Source of the DNA: an uncultured Brevinematales bacterium
Lineage (GTDB): Bacteria > Spirochaetota > Brevinematia > Brevinematales > CAYRWR01
Reading direction: 5' to 3'
Assembly (NCBI GenBank): GCA_964428015.1
Contig: CAYRWR010000008.1
Coordinates: 8,916-72,915 of the forward strand
DNA: 64,000 nucleotides
Shown here: one piece after another, positions 9,466-18,425 of the stretch
How the letters are laid out: every line of letters begins with the position of its first letter
Numbering within the stretch: position 1 is the stretch's first letter
The notes under the pieces: generated by a model
Database searches by the model: none
The model's input: the letters and a program-made list of their open reading frames with translations, nothing else
What the model was told of the DNA's origin: nothing
Made by a program: the position numbers and the translations under genes

Positions 9466-9508
9466 ACAATATGTATTCATGGCTATAATAATAACAGGAG
9501 GCGTTTAC

Positions 9509-10783
9509 ATGAAGTCTTTAAAGTTTTTGATGATGCTGACCGTACTTAGCCTGGGGCTTGGTTATGCCGGGGCGGAAGACCCCGCACCTTCCAAACCTAA
9601 ATTCGGCTTTGGTATTGAATTTGGTAATGTTACTATTAACGGTACCAATTATAATCAAATCAGGATGCAGCCTGACCTCGCCCTGGGGAAATTCGGCATC
9701 GGGCTGGATCTCAATATCGAATTCGATGCCAATGGCAAGATCCGCGCTGAAGAATGGACCAGCTGGCAGGCCATACTGGCCAAGATCACCTATATCCGGT
9801 TTGGTAAAAAATTCGAGAAACCAGTCTATGTAAAACTAGGCGGTATCAACGATTTTACCCTGGGACACGGGCAGATCATGTATCAATACAACAATATGCT
9901 GAACTATCCCAACGTCAAGAAGCTGGGCCTGGCCTTTGATCTTGATTTAAAATATGCTGGATTTGAAAGCATGCTTGATAACATTTTAAATCCTGATATA
10001 TTAGGGATTCGTGTTTTTGGTCGACCATTAATCAATCTTAAACTTCCAATTATCAACTCTTTGGAAATTGGAGCTTCGTATGTAGTTGATACTGACCCCT
10101 TGAACACAGTTTCCAATGCCTCACCCTACCTTTTCACCGATAATCCTCTGTCCCGCCCTGTGGGTGTCTGGGGCCTGGATCTGGGTGCCATTGTCCTCAA
10201 GAATTTTGTGGTGGATATGCTGGCTTATGCTGACTTCGTAGCTATCGAAGGTAAAGGGACAGGAGAAATCATGGGTGTAGCCGGGAAACTGATCTCAGTG
10301 ATCCCCTACCGCCTGGAAGTCCAGATTCTGCAGTCAAAATTTATCACCCGCTATTTCGATACTTTTTATGACGGTTCCAGAGCAGCCCTGTACAATAAAC
10401 TGGACACCTATACCAATAGTTACGCCGGACTGCTATTCAGTTCCGGGTTGTCGATTCTGGATGATAAACTGGCTTTCCTCATCACGATTAGAGATGCCTT
10501 TAATGATTCCATTCTCCCTGAGCTCCAGTTTGATTTCAAGCTGAGCAAAGACCTGCTGAAAAAAGTGGGCTTCACATTCAGCTGGTATAGAAAGGAAATT
10601 TTCTTTTTCACCGATATTTTCAAATTTGAAGATGTTAATTCTGTCATGATGACAGAACTGCAGTATATGGTGTCTGATAACCTGGCTCTGATCATCAATT
10701 ACAAGAGGACTTTCGAACTGGATTCTTCCGGAAACGTAGTCCCCTTCACCACCACCAGTATCAGTACCAAGATGTCATTTTAG
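9509..10783 (+). CDS. secreted protein, probable outer-membrane beta-barrel, unknown family (paralog of the C-terminal part of the next gene)
   Basis: ATG 9509 follows AGGAGG. Signal peptide MKSLKFLMMLTVLSLGLGYAGA. Alternating-hydrophobic strands and a C-terminal ...STKMSF (terminal Phe). Clear similarity to residues ~330-420 of the FecR-domain protein. Confidence 0.6.
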   Translation: MKSLKFLMMLTVLSLGLGYAGAEDPAPSKPKFGFGIEFGNVTINGTNYNQIRMQPDLALGKFGIGLDLNIEFDANGKIRAEEWTSWQAILAKITYIRFGKKFEKPVYVKLGGINDFTLGHGQIMYQYNNMLNYPNVKKLGLAFDLDLKYAGFESMLDNILNPDILGIRVFGRPLINLKLPIINSLEIGASYVVDTDPLNTVSNASPYLFTDNPLSRPVGVWGLDLGAIVLKNFVVDMLAYADFVAIEGKGTGEIMGVAGKLISVIPYRLEVQILQSKFITRYFDTFYDGSRAALYNKLDTYTNSYAGLLFSSGLSILDDKLAFLITIRDAFNDSILPELQFDFKLSKDLLKKVGFTFSWYRKEIFFFTDIFKFEDVNSVMMTELQYMVSDNLALIINYKRTFELDSSGNVVPFTTTSISTKMSF

Positions 10784-10799
10784 GTAGAGGAGGCATATT

Positions 10800-12794
10800 A
10801 TGTTAAAAGCATTGAAACATTTATTACTGGCCTGGATGCTGCTGGGTGCCGGAGCTCTGTACGGAGCCAGCCTCAAAGTAGTATCCTTCACCGGTGATGT
10901 GGAATACAAAGTCCCCAGCCAGGAATGGGCTGCAGTGGAAGTAGATGGGACTATACCCGAAGGCGCCCTCATCCGCGTGAACGGCGGGTCCGATTCTGTG
11001 ACACTGTCTCTGCCGGATGGTTCTGAGATCAACCTTCTGGGTCTCACCAGTATCAAGGTGGATGCCATACTGCAGGAAAATAAAAACACAGGATTCCGTC
11101 TGTTTTCAGGAAAACTGTTCGCCAAGGTCAATAAAAAGACCGGACAATCTTTCAAAGTAGAGACAGATAATGCAGTTGCGGCTGTACGCGGCACAGAATT
11201 CGGTGTGGATACACTGCTGGGTAATGTAGTGGTGAAAAACGGTTCAGTTGAACTGCAGGACCCTAATGGAGTAAATCCTCCAGTAACTATCGGTGCCGGG
11301 ATGTTCAGTTCCTTTGGCGCTGGTATTCCCTTCTCTGCACCTAAACTGGCTCCAGCCAATCTTTTCTCTCAGTTCGGAGTGACCCCTCCTGCCGCTAATA
11401 CTACACCGGATAATGGCAATACTAAGCCTGACGACAGCGGAGTAAATGTACCCGATACTGATGTAGATATGAACAAAGGGGACGACAAAGGTACGACAAC
11501 TCCCACCTCTGATAAAAAAGCTCCGGTCAGCTCTGAGTGTTCCTCTGCCGGCTTCCACTGGAGTGTCTCTTCTGAAAACATCGGCGGAGCGGTATGGAAT
11601 AAAGTCCTGTTAAGCCCCACCATGAAACTGGGTAATGTGATGCTGTCTCTGTATCTGCCGGTCTATTTCCAGAACCTGGATGACCTGGGCAACCGCACTA
11701 CCTGGTACAATGGTGATGAATGGAACTTTGGTATCCTGCCTGATACTCCCTTTAACTTTGGAGATTTTCTGCAGGACCTGCTGCTCAAGATTCGCTATGT
11801 GGGTTATCAGTCCCCCAAGGGTAACAAAACCCAGGTTCTCTTCCGTGTAGGTTCTATGCCTAATATGAGCCTTGCTCAGGGCCTGTTAATCGATAACTAC
11901 GCTAATGATATCCAGTTCCCTGCGGTACGCAAAGTTGGCCTGCAGTTTAATCTGGATCTGGGTAAATTCGGGTTTGAAACCCTGGTTGGAGATATCTTCA
12001 ATTTTGAGATGGCCGGACTGCACCTTTACTTCCGTCCTTTCTTTGGTAAATTCCTGATTGGCAAGATGTCCTTTGGTTTATCCTACTTCCTGGATTATGA
12101 CCCTCAGGGTGTGAACAGCGGAAATGTCATGGGTTATGCCGCTGACATTCTCTTCCCCATAATTGACATCCTGGGTACGACTATCAATCTCTATACCGAA
12201 GGCGGCACCATGGGCTATATGCTCCCCGGACAGGATCAGGTCCTGGCTAAAGGACTGGGAGTCAATGCCGGTGTGAAAGGTACTATTCTGGGTCTGATTG
12301 ATTATAAAGCCGAATACCGTCACCTTCAGGGCGGTTTCGATGCCGGTTATGTCAACACCTTCTATGATGTAGATAGAAGTACCAAAGTCTATGCCCTGGC
12401 CAATAATGGTTCTACCAACTATGACGGTTTCATGATTGAAGCCGGTAAGACCTGGGAAAAAGTAGGCGGACTGGCTTTGAAATTTGAGCAGCTCTTCCCC
12501 AGTATACCCACTTCACTGTCACAGATAGTGGATTCTCCCAACAACTATCTGCATATCGAACTGTGGATAGACAAATGTCTGTTCAAAAAAGCCTATGGCC
12601 GTATCATGTATGACCGTCAGAACTTTGCTCCCCAGGATTTCTTCAACAATTTCTTCTCTTCTGCGGTTATTACTTCACAGGTGTTCTATCAGGTTTCGGG
12701 TGAAACTTATATTGGTATGACTTATAAGAAGTTTTATGATGCCCAGGGTAATGTCCAGGATACTTATGGTCTGGAAACATCCATGGGTCTCTAA
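10800..12794 (+). CDS. FecR-domain protein fused to the same putative outer-membrane domain
   Basis: SD GAGGAGG. Signal peptide MLKALKHLLLAWMLLGAGALYGA. FecR-like block VVSFTGDVEYK...GSDSVTLSLPDGSEINL...FKVETDNAVAAVRGTEFGV. Followed by a Thr/Pro/Asp-rich linker and a ~400-aa domain homologous to the upstream gene. Confidence 0.7.
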   Translation: MLKALKHLLLAWMLLGAGALYGASLKVVSFTGDVEYKVPSQEWAAVEVDGTIPEGALIRVNGGSDSVTLSLPDGSEINLLGLTSIKVDAILQENKNTGFRLFSGKLFAKVNKKTGQSFKVETDNAVAAVRGTEFGVDTLLGNVVVKNGSVELQDPNGVNPPVTIGAGMFSSFGAGIPFSAPKLAPANLFSQFGVTPPAANTTPDNGNTKPDDSGVNVPDTDVDMNKGDDKGTTTPTSDKKAPVSSECSSAGFHWSVSSENIGGAVWNKVLLSPTMKLGNVMLSLYLPVYFQNLDDLGNRTTWYNGDEWNFGILPDTPFNFGDFLQDLLLKIRYVGYQSPKGNKTQVLFRVGSMPNMSLAQGLLIDNYANDIQFPAVRKVGLQFNLDLGKFGFETLVGDIFNFEMAGLHLYFRPFFGKFLIGKMSFGLSYFLDYDPQGVNSGNVMGYAADILFPIIDILGTTINLYTEGGTMGYMLPGQDQVLAKGLGVNAGVKGTILGLIDYKAEYRHLQGGFDAGYVNTFYDVDRSTKVYALANNGSTNYDGFMIEAGKTWEKVGGLALKFEQLFPSIPTSLSQIVDSPNNYLHIELWIDKCLFKKAYGRIMYDRQNFAPQDFFNNFFSSAVITSQVFYQVSGETYIGMTYKKFYDAQGNVQDTYGLETSMGL

Positions 12795-12819
12795 AACATA
12801 ATTATTGTACAACAAGCAC

Positions 12820-12848
12820 AGGGCGTCCCTCGCGGGACGCCCTTTTTG
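12820..12848 (+). terminator. rho-independent terminator
   Basis: AGGGCGTCCC-TCGC-GGGACGCCCT (12820-12843) followed by TTTTT. Confidence 0.8.
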
Positions 12849-12870
12849 TGCCTGGATGGAGAGAAAGATT

Positions 12871-13245
12871 TTAATATCGGGTGGATACTTTTTCCTGTCG
12901 GCCGTCTTTGGGTGCGGCATTGGGTAGAAATTTCACATCCTGAGCAATGATCTGGACACGGCTGCGCGATTTGCCGTCATCAGATTTCCAGCGGGACTGC
13001 CGTAGTTTTCCGGATACGATCACTCTACGCCCTTTTTTAAGGTAGGTGGAGCAGATCTCAGCCAGTTTTCCCCAGGAGACGATGTCAAAATAATTGACGT
13101 CCTGGTTCTTTTCTCCGTTCTTGTAGCCGATACTGGATGTGGCGATGGAAAATTTGGAACAACCCAGTCCGTCTGAATTGTACACCAGTTCCGGATCTTT
13201 CACCACACCACCCTGTACTACCACAATGTTGACATAGTTTTCCAT
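12871..13245 (-). CDS. ssb: single-stranded DNA-binding protein (OB fold), short form without acidic C-terminal tip
   Basis: 124 aa. NIVVVQGGVVKDPELVY...FSIA...NYFDIVSWGKLAEICSTYLKKGRRVIVSGKLRQSRWKSDDGKSRSRVQIIAQDV matches the SSB pattern. SD AAGGAGG. Ends ...KDGRQEKVSTRY with no D-D-D-I-P-F-like tail. Confidence 0.8.
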   Translation of the reverse strand: MENYVNIVVVQGGVVKDPELVYNSDGLGCSKFSIATSSIGYKNGEKNQDVNYFDIVSWGKLAEICSTYLKKGRRVIVSGKLRQSRWKSDDGKSRSRVQIIAQDVKFLPNAAPKDGRQEKVSTRY

Positions 13246-13376
13246 GTCTTCCTCCTTGAAATATTTAAATACCTTAATCGGGAGGAGTTGTTAAAAGTTG
13301 TTAAATTGAGGGTTTTAATAAAAAAAATCTTGCTGGAAGACGGAATATTGATTATGCTTATAGTTACGGAGAATAT

Positions 13377-16226
13377 ATGAAAAAACTGATTTGGCTGCTG
13401 GTATGTTTTCTACCCTGGCAATGGGCAGGGGCTTTTGGAAAGAATAAAGTGACCTATCATGAATATAACTGGTATATTCTGGAATCTCCTCATTTCAGGA
13501 TCTATGTGACAGAACTGGACCAGAGCTTATCCAACCTGATACTGGATACTGCTGAACAAGCTTATGCTCTGCATGCCCGTCAATTTGGCTATCAACCCAA
13601 ATATAAAATAAAAGTCCTGTTATATCCCAACCAGATAGATTTCCAGCAAAACAATGTAACCACTGATTTTATTGGTGCCGGTACGGGCGGCTTTACGGAG
13701 TTTATTAAGGGCAGGGTGGTATTGCCTTTTTCCGGTGATTATGCCAACTTTGAGCACATTCTGTCACATGAGTTGACCCATGCTTTTCAGGGTTATACCT
13801 GGGGTCGGGGTTATATGGGTATCTCCGCTCTGATGGATATCAATGTGCCTCTCTGGTTTATAGAAGGCATGGCGGAATATGCCTCCATCGGCCTGGATAA
13901 TGAAGCTGAAATGATGGTCAGTGACGCTCTCTATCATGGTAATTTACCCAACCTGATGCAGTTAAGTTACCTAAATCTGCTTCCCCCCGATTACTATTTC
14001 TTTGTATATAAAGAAGGACAACTTTTTTTCTACTTTGCGGAACAGAAATATGGAACCAATATTCTGCCCCGTCTTAATGAATCAGTGGCATCCAACCGGA
14101 ATCTAAATGTCATTCTCACCAATGTCTTTCATAAGGATTTGGAAACTCTTAATGATGAGTTTTTTGATTTCCTTAAAGCACGCTATCTGCCTGAAAGTAT
14201 AGGCAAAGCCAATATCACTATGCAGGCCAAACGCATCTTGAATAAAGACACTCGCTTCAATATGAATCCGGTGTATGTGGACAGCAGCCGCATTGCCTTT
14301 ATCAGTGACAGACTGTTATATCCCTCAATTGTGATCGCCGACCGCAGGAAACAGACTCTGAAACGTCTGATAAAAGGCGGTTTTGATGAAAATTATCTGG
14401 AATTTCAGTATGGAAAAAGGAATAACCTTTCCATGGCCGGGACTAATATTCTGTGTTTTGTGAGCCGAAGCGGAGGCAGGGACGCTATTCAGTTATTAGA
14501 CATTAACACTCTAAAAGAGAAAACCCTGGATCTTCCCTTTAAAGTGATTCACTCACCGCAGATATCACCGGATGGAAAGAAGATAGTACTCTCCGCCAAC
14601 CGGGAGCATCAGGAAGATATCTTTATATATGAAATCGAGACAGGAAATCTGGTTCAGGTGACACAGGATATTTATTTTGATACCCAACCCCGCTGGCTGA
14701 GCAGTAATAAAATCGTTTTTGTGACCAGCCGGTATCATCCTCAGGACCAGGATAATAAGGATATCGTGATCTTTGACCTGGATAGTAATCAGGTGCTCAC
14801 CAGGCTGGATAGCGGATTTTCTGATGAATACCCTACCATTTCGCCGGACCAGCGTTATGTGGGATTTGTCAGTGCCAGCCGGCACCCCGTGCTGATGATT
14901 TATGACCGGGATAGCGCCCAGGTTTGGCAGGAGCTGGCACCCCGCGGGGGAATATTGTCTCCGCAGTTTGGCACCTCCAATCATATCATCCTGACTGCTT
15001 ACCGGGACAACCAGTTTAATATCTACGAATACAAGGCACAATTTAAAACCAAGGCCACCAATGTGGTTATCGAAGATATGGCAGGCCGTCAGGCAGGTGT
15101 GCCTCTGGAGTTTTTGTCACGAATGACGCTGCCCCCCCAGCCCTATAAACTGGAGCTGAGTATCGACAATCTGATAGGAGCTTTTGCCCTTAATTCTTCC
15201 CTCAAGGGTATGGCACTGGTAGGGATTATGAATGTGAGCGATCTGTTGGGTGATCACCGCTTTCAGCTGGTATTGGACTCACAGATTCAGATACAGACTA
15301 ATTTTTTTGATTATATCAATGCCGATCTCAGTTATCACAACGAGAAAAACAGGATCAATTATGGTTTCCGGTTTTTTAATTTTAGTAATTTCTTCTATGA
15401 ATTCCATACTTTTGAATCATTTACCCTGCTGGAGAGGAGTTATGCCTGGAGTGCGGGTCTATATGTTTTTGCCTCCTATCCTTTTTCAACATTCTCCCGT
15501 CTGGATCTGACCCTGGGCATCAGGGGATACAAATATATAGAAAATGTCACTCTGGTAGGCAGTAATTACCAGTATGAATACAGTCATCTGAACCGGGAAA
15601 CCCTGCAGCTGACCTGGGTCTATGATGCTACCCTGTGGGACTACACCGGCCCTGTTGACGGGATACGCATGGAAGCAGGGATAGAACAGTCATTCGCCAT
15701 TTTGTCTAATTCCATTCAATATACCCGTCTGCTGTTTGATTTCCGGCACTACATTATGCTGTTCCCCAATTATTCGCTGGCTTACCGGGCAGTGCTGGGT
15801 AAATCTCTGGGCAGAGACAGAATGGACTATCCTTACACCGTGGGGGGATTCAATTCTGTCCGGGGATATGATCTTTTCAGTTTCACCGGAGATAGTCTTT
15901 ACCTGATCAATCTGGAGTTCCGGTTTCCTCTGATCATAGACTGGACTATTGGATTTCCATTTCCGCTCCGGCTGCCTACTATCTGGGGAGTATTATTCTG
16001 GGATATGGGTTCAGCCTGGAAATGGGATGATGGATATAATCTTTATTATTACCAGGGAGAGAACCTGGTACTGGATGACCTGAAAATTGGTCTGGGTTTT
16101 GGTTTTCGACTGGTTCTTTTACCGGGGATTAAATTCATGGTGGATGTAGCTACACCCTATGACGGCCGGGGCGTACCCTCCTTATCCACCTGGAGGTCTT
16201 TCTGGCAGATAGGAGTCGATTTTTAA
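13377..16226 (+). CDS. large outer-membrane protein: HExxH peptidase-like domain + TolB/PD40-type beta-propeller + Omp85/surface-antigen (D15) beta-barrel
   Basis: Signal peptide MKKLIWLLVCFLPWQWAGA. HILSHELTHAF...WFIEGMAEY (gluzincin-like). PD40-like repeats (SPQISPDGKKIVLSAN, YPTISPDQRYVGFVSA). C-terminus GGFNSVRGYDLFSF...INLEFRFPL...GVLFWDMGSAW...WQIGVDF is typical of the Omp85 barrel. Confidence 0.75.
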   Translation: MKKLIWLLVCFLPWQWAGAFGKNKVTYHEYNWYILESPHFRIYVTELDQSLSNLILDTAEQAYALHARQFGYQPKYKIKVLLYPNQIDFQQNNVTTDFIGAGTGGFTEFIKGRVVLPFSGDYANFEHILSHELTHAFQGYTWGRGYMGISALMDINVPLWFIEGMAEYASIGLDNEAEMMVSDALYHGNLPNLMQLSYLNLLPPDYYFFVYKEGQLFFYFAEQKYGTNILPRLNESVASNRNLNVILTNVFHKDLETLNDEFFDFLKARYLPESIGKANITMQAKRILNKDTRFNMNPVYVDSSRIAFISDRLLYPSIVIADRRKQTLKRLIKGGFDENYLEFQYGKRNNLSMAGTNILCFVSRSGGRDAIQLLDINTLKEKTLDLPFKVIHSPQISPDGKKIVLSANREHQEDIFIYEIETGNLVQVTQDIYFDTQPRWLSSNKIVFVTSRYHPQDQDNKDIVIFDLDSNQVLTRLDSGFSDEYPTISPDQRYVGFVSASRHPVLMIYDRDSAQVWQELAPRGGILSPQFGTSNHIILTAYRDNQFNIYEYKAQFKTKATNVVIEDMAGRQAGVPLEFLSRMTLPPQPYKLELSIDNLIGAFALNSSLKGMALVGIMNVSDLLGDHRFQLVLDSQIQIQTNFFDYINADLSYHNEKNRINYGFRFFNFSNFFYEFHTFESFTLLERSYAWSAGLYVFASYPFSTFSRLDLTLGIRGYKYIENVTLVGSNYQYEYSHLNRETLQLTWVYDATLWDYTGPVDGIRMEAGIEQSFAILSNSIQYTRLLFDFRHYIMLFPNYSLAYRAVLGKSLGRDRMDYPYTVGGFNSVRGYDLFSFTGDSLYLINLEFRFPLIIDWTIGFPFPLRLPTIWGVLFWDMGSAWKWDDGYNLYYYQGENLVLDDLKIGLGFGFRLVLLPGIKFMVDVATPYDGRGVPSLSTWRSFWQIGVDF

Positions 16227-17104
16227 TCCTTTTTTTCCAGAGGATGAAAGCGGCTGTGGGTGTCCCGCAGCAGGCTGTTAGCTACATGGGTATAGATCTG
16301 GGTAGTGGAGATATCGCTATGTCCCAGCATCTCCTGCACCGCGCGCAGGTCTGCTCCGGCAGATACCAGATGGGTGGCAAAGGAATGCCTCAGAGTATGG
16401 GGGGATATCTCCAGACTGATATGGGCCTGCCTGGCTCTCTTTTTTACAATAGACCAGATACTGACCCGGGAGAGAGGCTCTCCCCTGCGGGATAAAAATA
16501 TTTCGTTTACAGGGGGGTGTCCGTTCAGGACTTCCCGGCGGAGAGGGAGATAGGCGCGGAGTCTTTGCAAAGCAGTTTTTCCCAGAGGCACCACTCTTTC
16601 TTTGTTTCCTTTGCCGATTACCCTCACTACACCGGATTCCAGTACAAAATCACCCAGTTTCAGATGGCACAGTTCAGATACCCTCAATCCCAGACTGTAC
16701 AGACACTCAATAATACAGCTGTCTCTAAGATCCTGGTATTCCTCTGTTTCACATTTCAGCATGGCTTCCACCTGCTTGATGCTGAGATAATGGGGTAAAG
16801 CCTTGTCATAGCGGGGAGAATCAATCAGATCAGCAGGATTGTCTTCCAGTTCGCCTGTACGCTGCAGATATTGGAAAAACCCTTTTAAGGCAGACAAATG
16901 GCGGGCTATACTGCGGGGATTTTGCCCCGCTTCATGCAAACTCACGATATAATCAAAAATGTCTTCTCGGGTCAGTTCCTGTGCGCTTTTTGGATGGATG
17001 AAATTGAAAAAGTGTTCCAGATCGCTTATATAAGCCTCTATGCTCAAAGTGGACAGCTGCCGTTCATACTGCAGGTAGAAAGCATAATCTTTTATCTGAT
17101 TCAT
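16223..17104 (-). CDS. xerD: tyrosine site-specific recombinase XerC/XerD family
   Basis: C-terminal catalytic motifs LGLRVSEL, HTLRHSFATHLVSAGADLRAVQEMLGHSDISTTQIYTHV. N-terminal SAM-like domain YLQYERQLSTLSIEAY. ATG 17104 aligns with XerD N-termini; the track ORF extends to a GTG at 17185. The 3' end overlaps the convergent gene by 4 nt. Confidence 0.85.
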   Translation of the reverse strand: MNQIKDYAFYLQYERQLSTLSIEAYISDLEHFFNFIHPKSAQELTREDIFDYIVSLHEAGQNPRSIARHLSALKGFFQYLQRTGELEDNPADLIDSPRYDKALPHYLSIKQVEAMLKCETEEYQDLRDSCIIECLYSLGLRVSELCHLKLGDFVLESGVVRVIGKGNKERVVPLGKTALQRLRAYLPLRREVLNGHPPVNEIFLSRRGEPLSRVSIWSIVKKRARQAHISLEISPHTLRHSFATHLVSAGADLRAVQEMLGHSDISTTQIYTHVANSLLRDTHSRFHPLEKKD

Positions 17105-17258
17105 GATACTAGTATCGGCGTATTTAGATAAGGTCTGAAAATCAGAAAAAGACGCAAAACCCCGGGGGTGTAAGTCATTTATCACAATACCATTTTATAA
17201 TTTGTTTAAACACAAAAAGGATGTTATATATATAGTAAGCCAAAATAAGGAGAAGAAG

Positions 17259-18371
17259 ATGAAGAAATTATTTGTTTTCCTGACTATGATATTTTTGACC
17301 ACGGCCCTGCATGCTGAACCTGGTCAGAGGGGTGAAGTGGACATGAGCCTCAATAACACCACCAAGTGGGGGTATCTCATCATCATTGACCAGAAGAAAG
17401 ATCAGATTATGTTTTATTCTACTGGGAAGAAACAAATGATGGCGGTTTATGACTACAAAAAAGGTTATTGGATCGAGACCAGCAAGTCTTTTGAAAAAAA
17501 GAACATCAATGAAGATGATCTTTTCCTCAAAAAACCAGTAGTTCTTCCCCCTGACCCCAACCGGCAGGAAATCGACTGGAACCTGAATAATACGGTTCAA
17601 TTCGGCTATCTCATTGAGATCCTCAAAGATAAGGACAATCCCCATATCCGTTTTTACACCACCAAGTCTAAAAAGATCATGGCCATCTGGGATTATCAGG
17701 CCAAAAAATGGGTGATCAAAGACCGGGATTTCAAGGAAGACGCTGTCGATATAAACAAATTCTATATAGTAAAAGTCAAACCGGTGGAAGAAATCAACTG
17801 GAGTCTGAATAACACGGTGCAATTCGGTTATCTTATTGAGATACTCAAAGATAAGGATAATCCCCATATCCGCTTCTACACCACCAAGTCTAAAAAGATC
17901 ATGGCCATCTGGGATTATCAGGCCAAAAAATGGGTCATCAAAGACAGAGATTTTAGTGAAGCCAGTGTCGATATCAATAAATTTTATGTGCAGGTACATA
18001 AGCCCTGGAAGAGAGGGAAGGTCAAACGTGCCCTGAATAATTCCGTGCAGTTTGGCTACCTCATTGAGATAAAACCTGAAGGCAACCCTCAGATACTATT
18101 TTACACCACCAAGTCCAAACGTCTCATGGGTATTTATGACTATATTCAGGATAAGTGGATCACCCGGGATAAAGATTTTAAAGACGACGGCATAGATATT
18201 AACCAGCTTTTTGATCCGGAAGAAACGGTTATTATCATTAAACCCGAAGATAAGAAACCGGAAAAGGAAGCAGATAAACCTGAACTGACTGATAAAAAGA
18301 AAAGTGAACAAAAGGAAAATAAACCGGGTGAACTGAAACCCTTTAAGCCTAAACTGAACAATCATAAATAA
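17259..18371 (+). CDS. secreted protein with four ~74-aa tandem repeats and Lys/Glu/Pro-rich tail, unknown function
   Basis: ATG 17259 follows AAGGAG. Signal peptide MKKLFVFLTMIFLTTALHA. Four units share the pattern (D/N)W.LNN(T/S)VQFGYLIEI...FYTTKSK..M.I.DY...KW..(K/R)D(R/K)DF...DIN. Tail KPEDKKPEKEADKPELTDKKKSEQKENKPGELKPFKPK. Confidence 0.7.
   Translation: MKKLFVFLTMIFLTTALHAEPGQRGEVDMSLNNTTKWGYLIIIDQKKDQIMFYSTGKKQMMAVYDYKKGYWIETSKSFEKKNINEDDLFLKKPVVLPPDPNRQEIDWNLNNTVQFGYLIEILKDKDNPHIRFYTTKSKKIMAIWDYQAKKWVIKDRDFKEDAVDINKFYIVKVKPVEEINWSLNNTVQFGYLIEILKDKDNPHIRFYTTKSKKIMAIWDYQAKKWVIKDRDFSEASVDINKFYVQVHKPWKRGKVKRALNNSVQFGYLIEIKPEGNPQILFYTTKSKRLMGIYDYIQDKWITRDKDFKDDGIDINQLFDPEETVIIIKPEDKKPEKEADKPELTDKKKSEQKENKPGELKPFKPKLNNHK
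17571..18014 (+). repeat. two near-identical 222-bp in-frame tandem repeat units (units 2 and 3 of the four-repeat protein)
   Basis: Unit starts ATCGACTGG at 17571 and ATCAACTGG at 17793 give a 222-nt period. A ~57-nt block (CACCACCAAGTCTAAAAAGATCATGGCCATCTGGGATTATCAGGCCAAAAAATGGGT) is identical in both units. The flanks differ mostly at third codon positions. Confidence 0.9.
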
Positions 18372-18386
18372 ATTCTATACAAATAG

Positions 18387-18425
18387 AAAAACCGGGACTG
18401 GAAATTCCAGCCCCGGTTTTTTTTC
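18387..18425. terminator. bidirectional rho-independent terminator
   Basis: CCGGGACTGGA-AAT-TCCAGCCCCGG hairpin (18392-18416) flanked by an A-run (18387-18391) and a T-run (18417-18425). Confidence 0.75.

Noticed and set aside
10775-11359. 194-aa minus-strand ORF
   Set aside because: It lies antisense to the FecR-domain gene and is low-complexity Ser/Pro/Thr-rich.
17268-17999. 243-aa minus-strand ORF
   Set aside because: It is the antisense reading of the tandem-repeat gene. Its own internal repeats simply mirror the sense-strand repeats.
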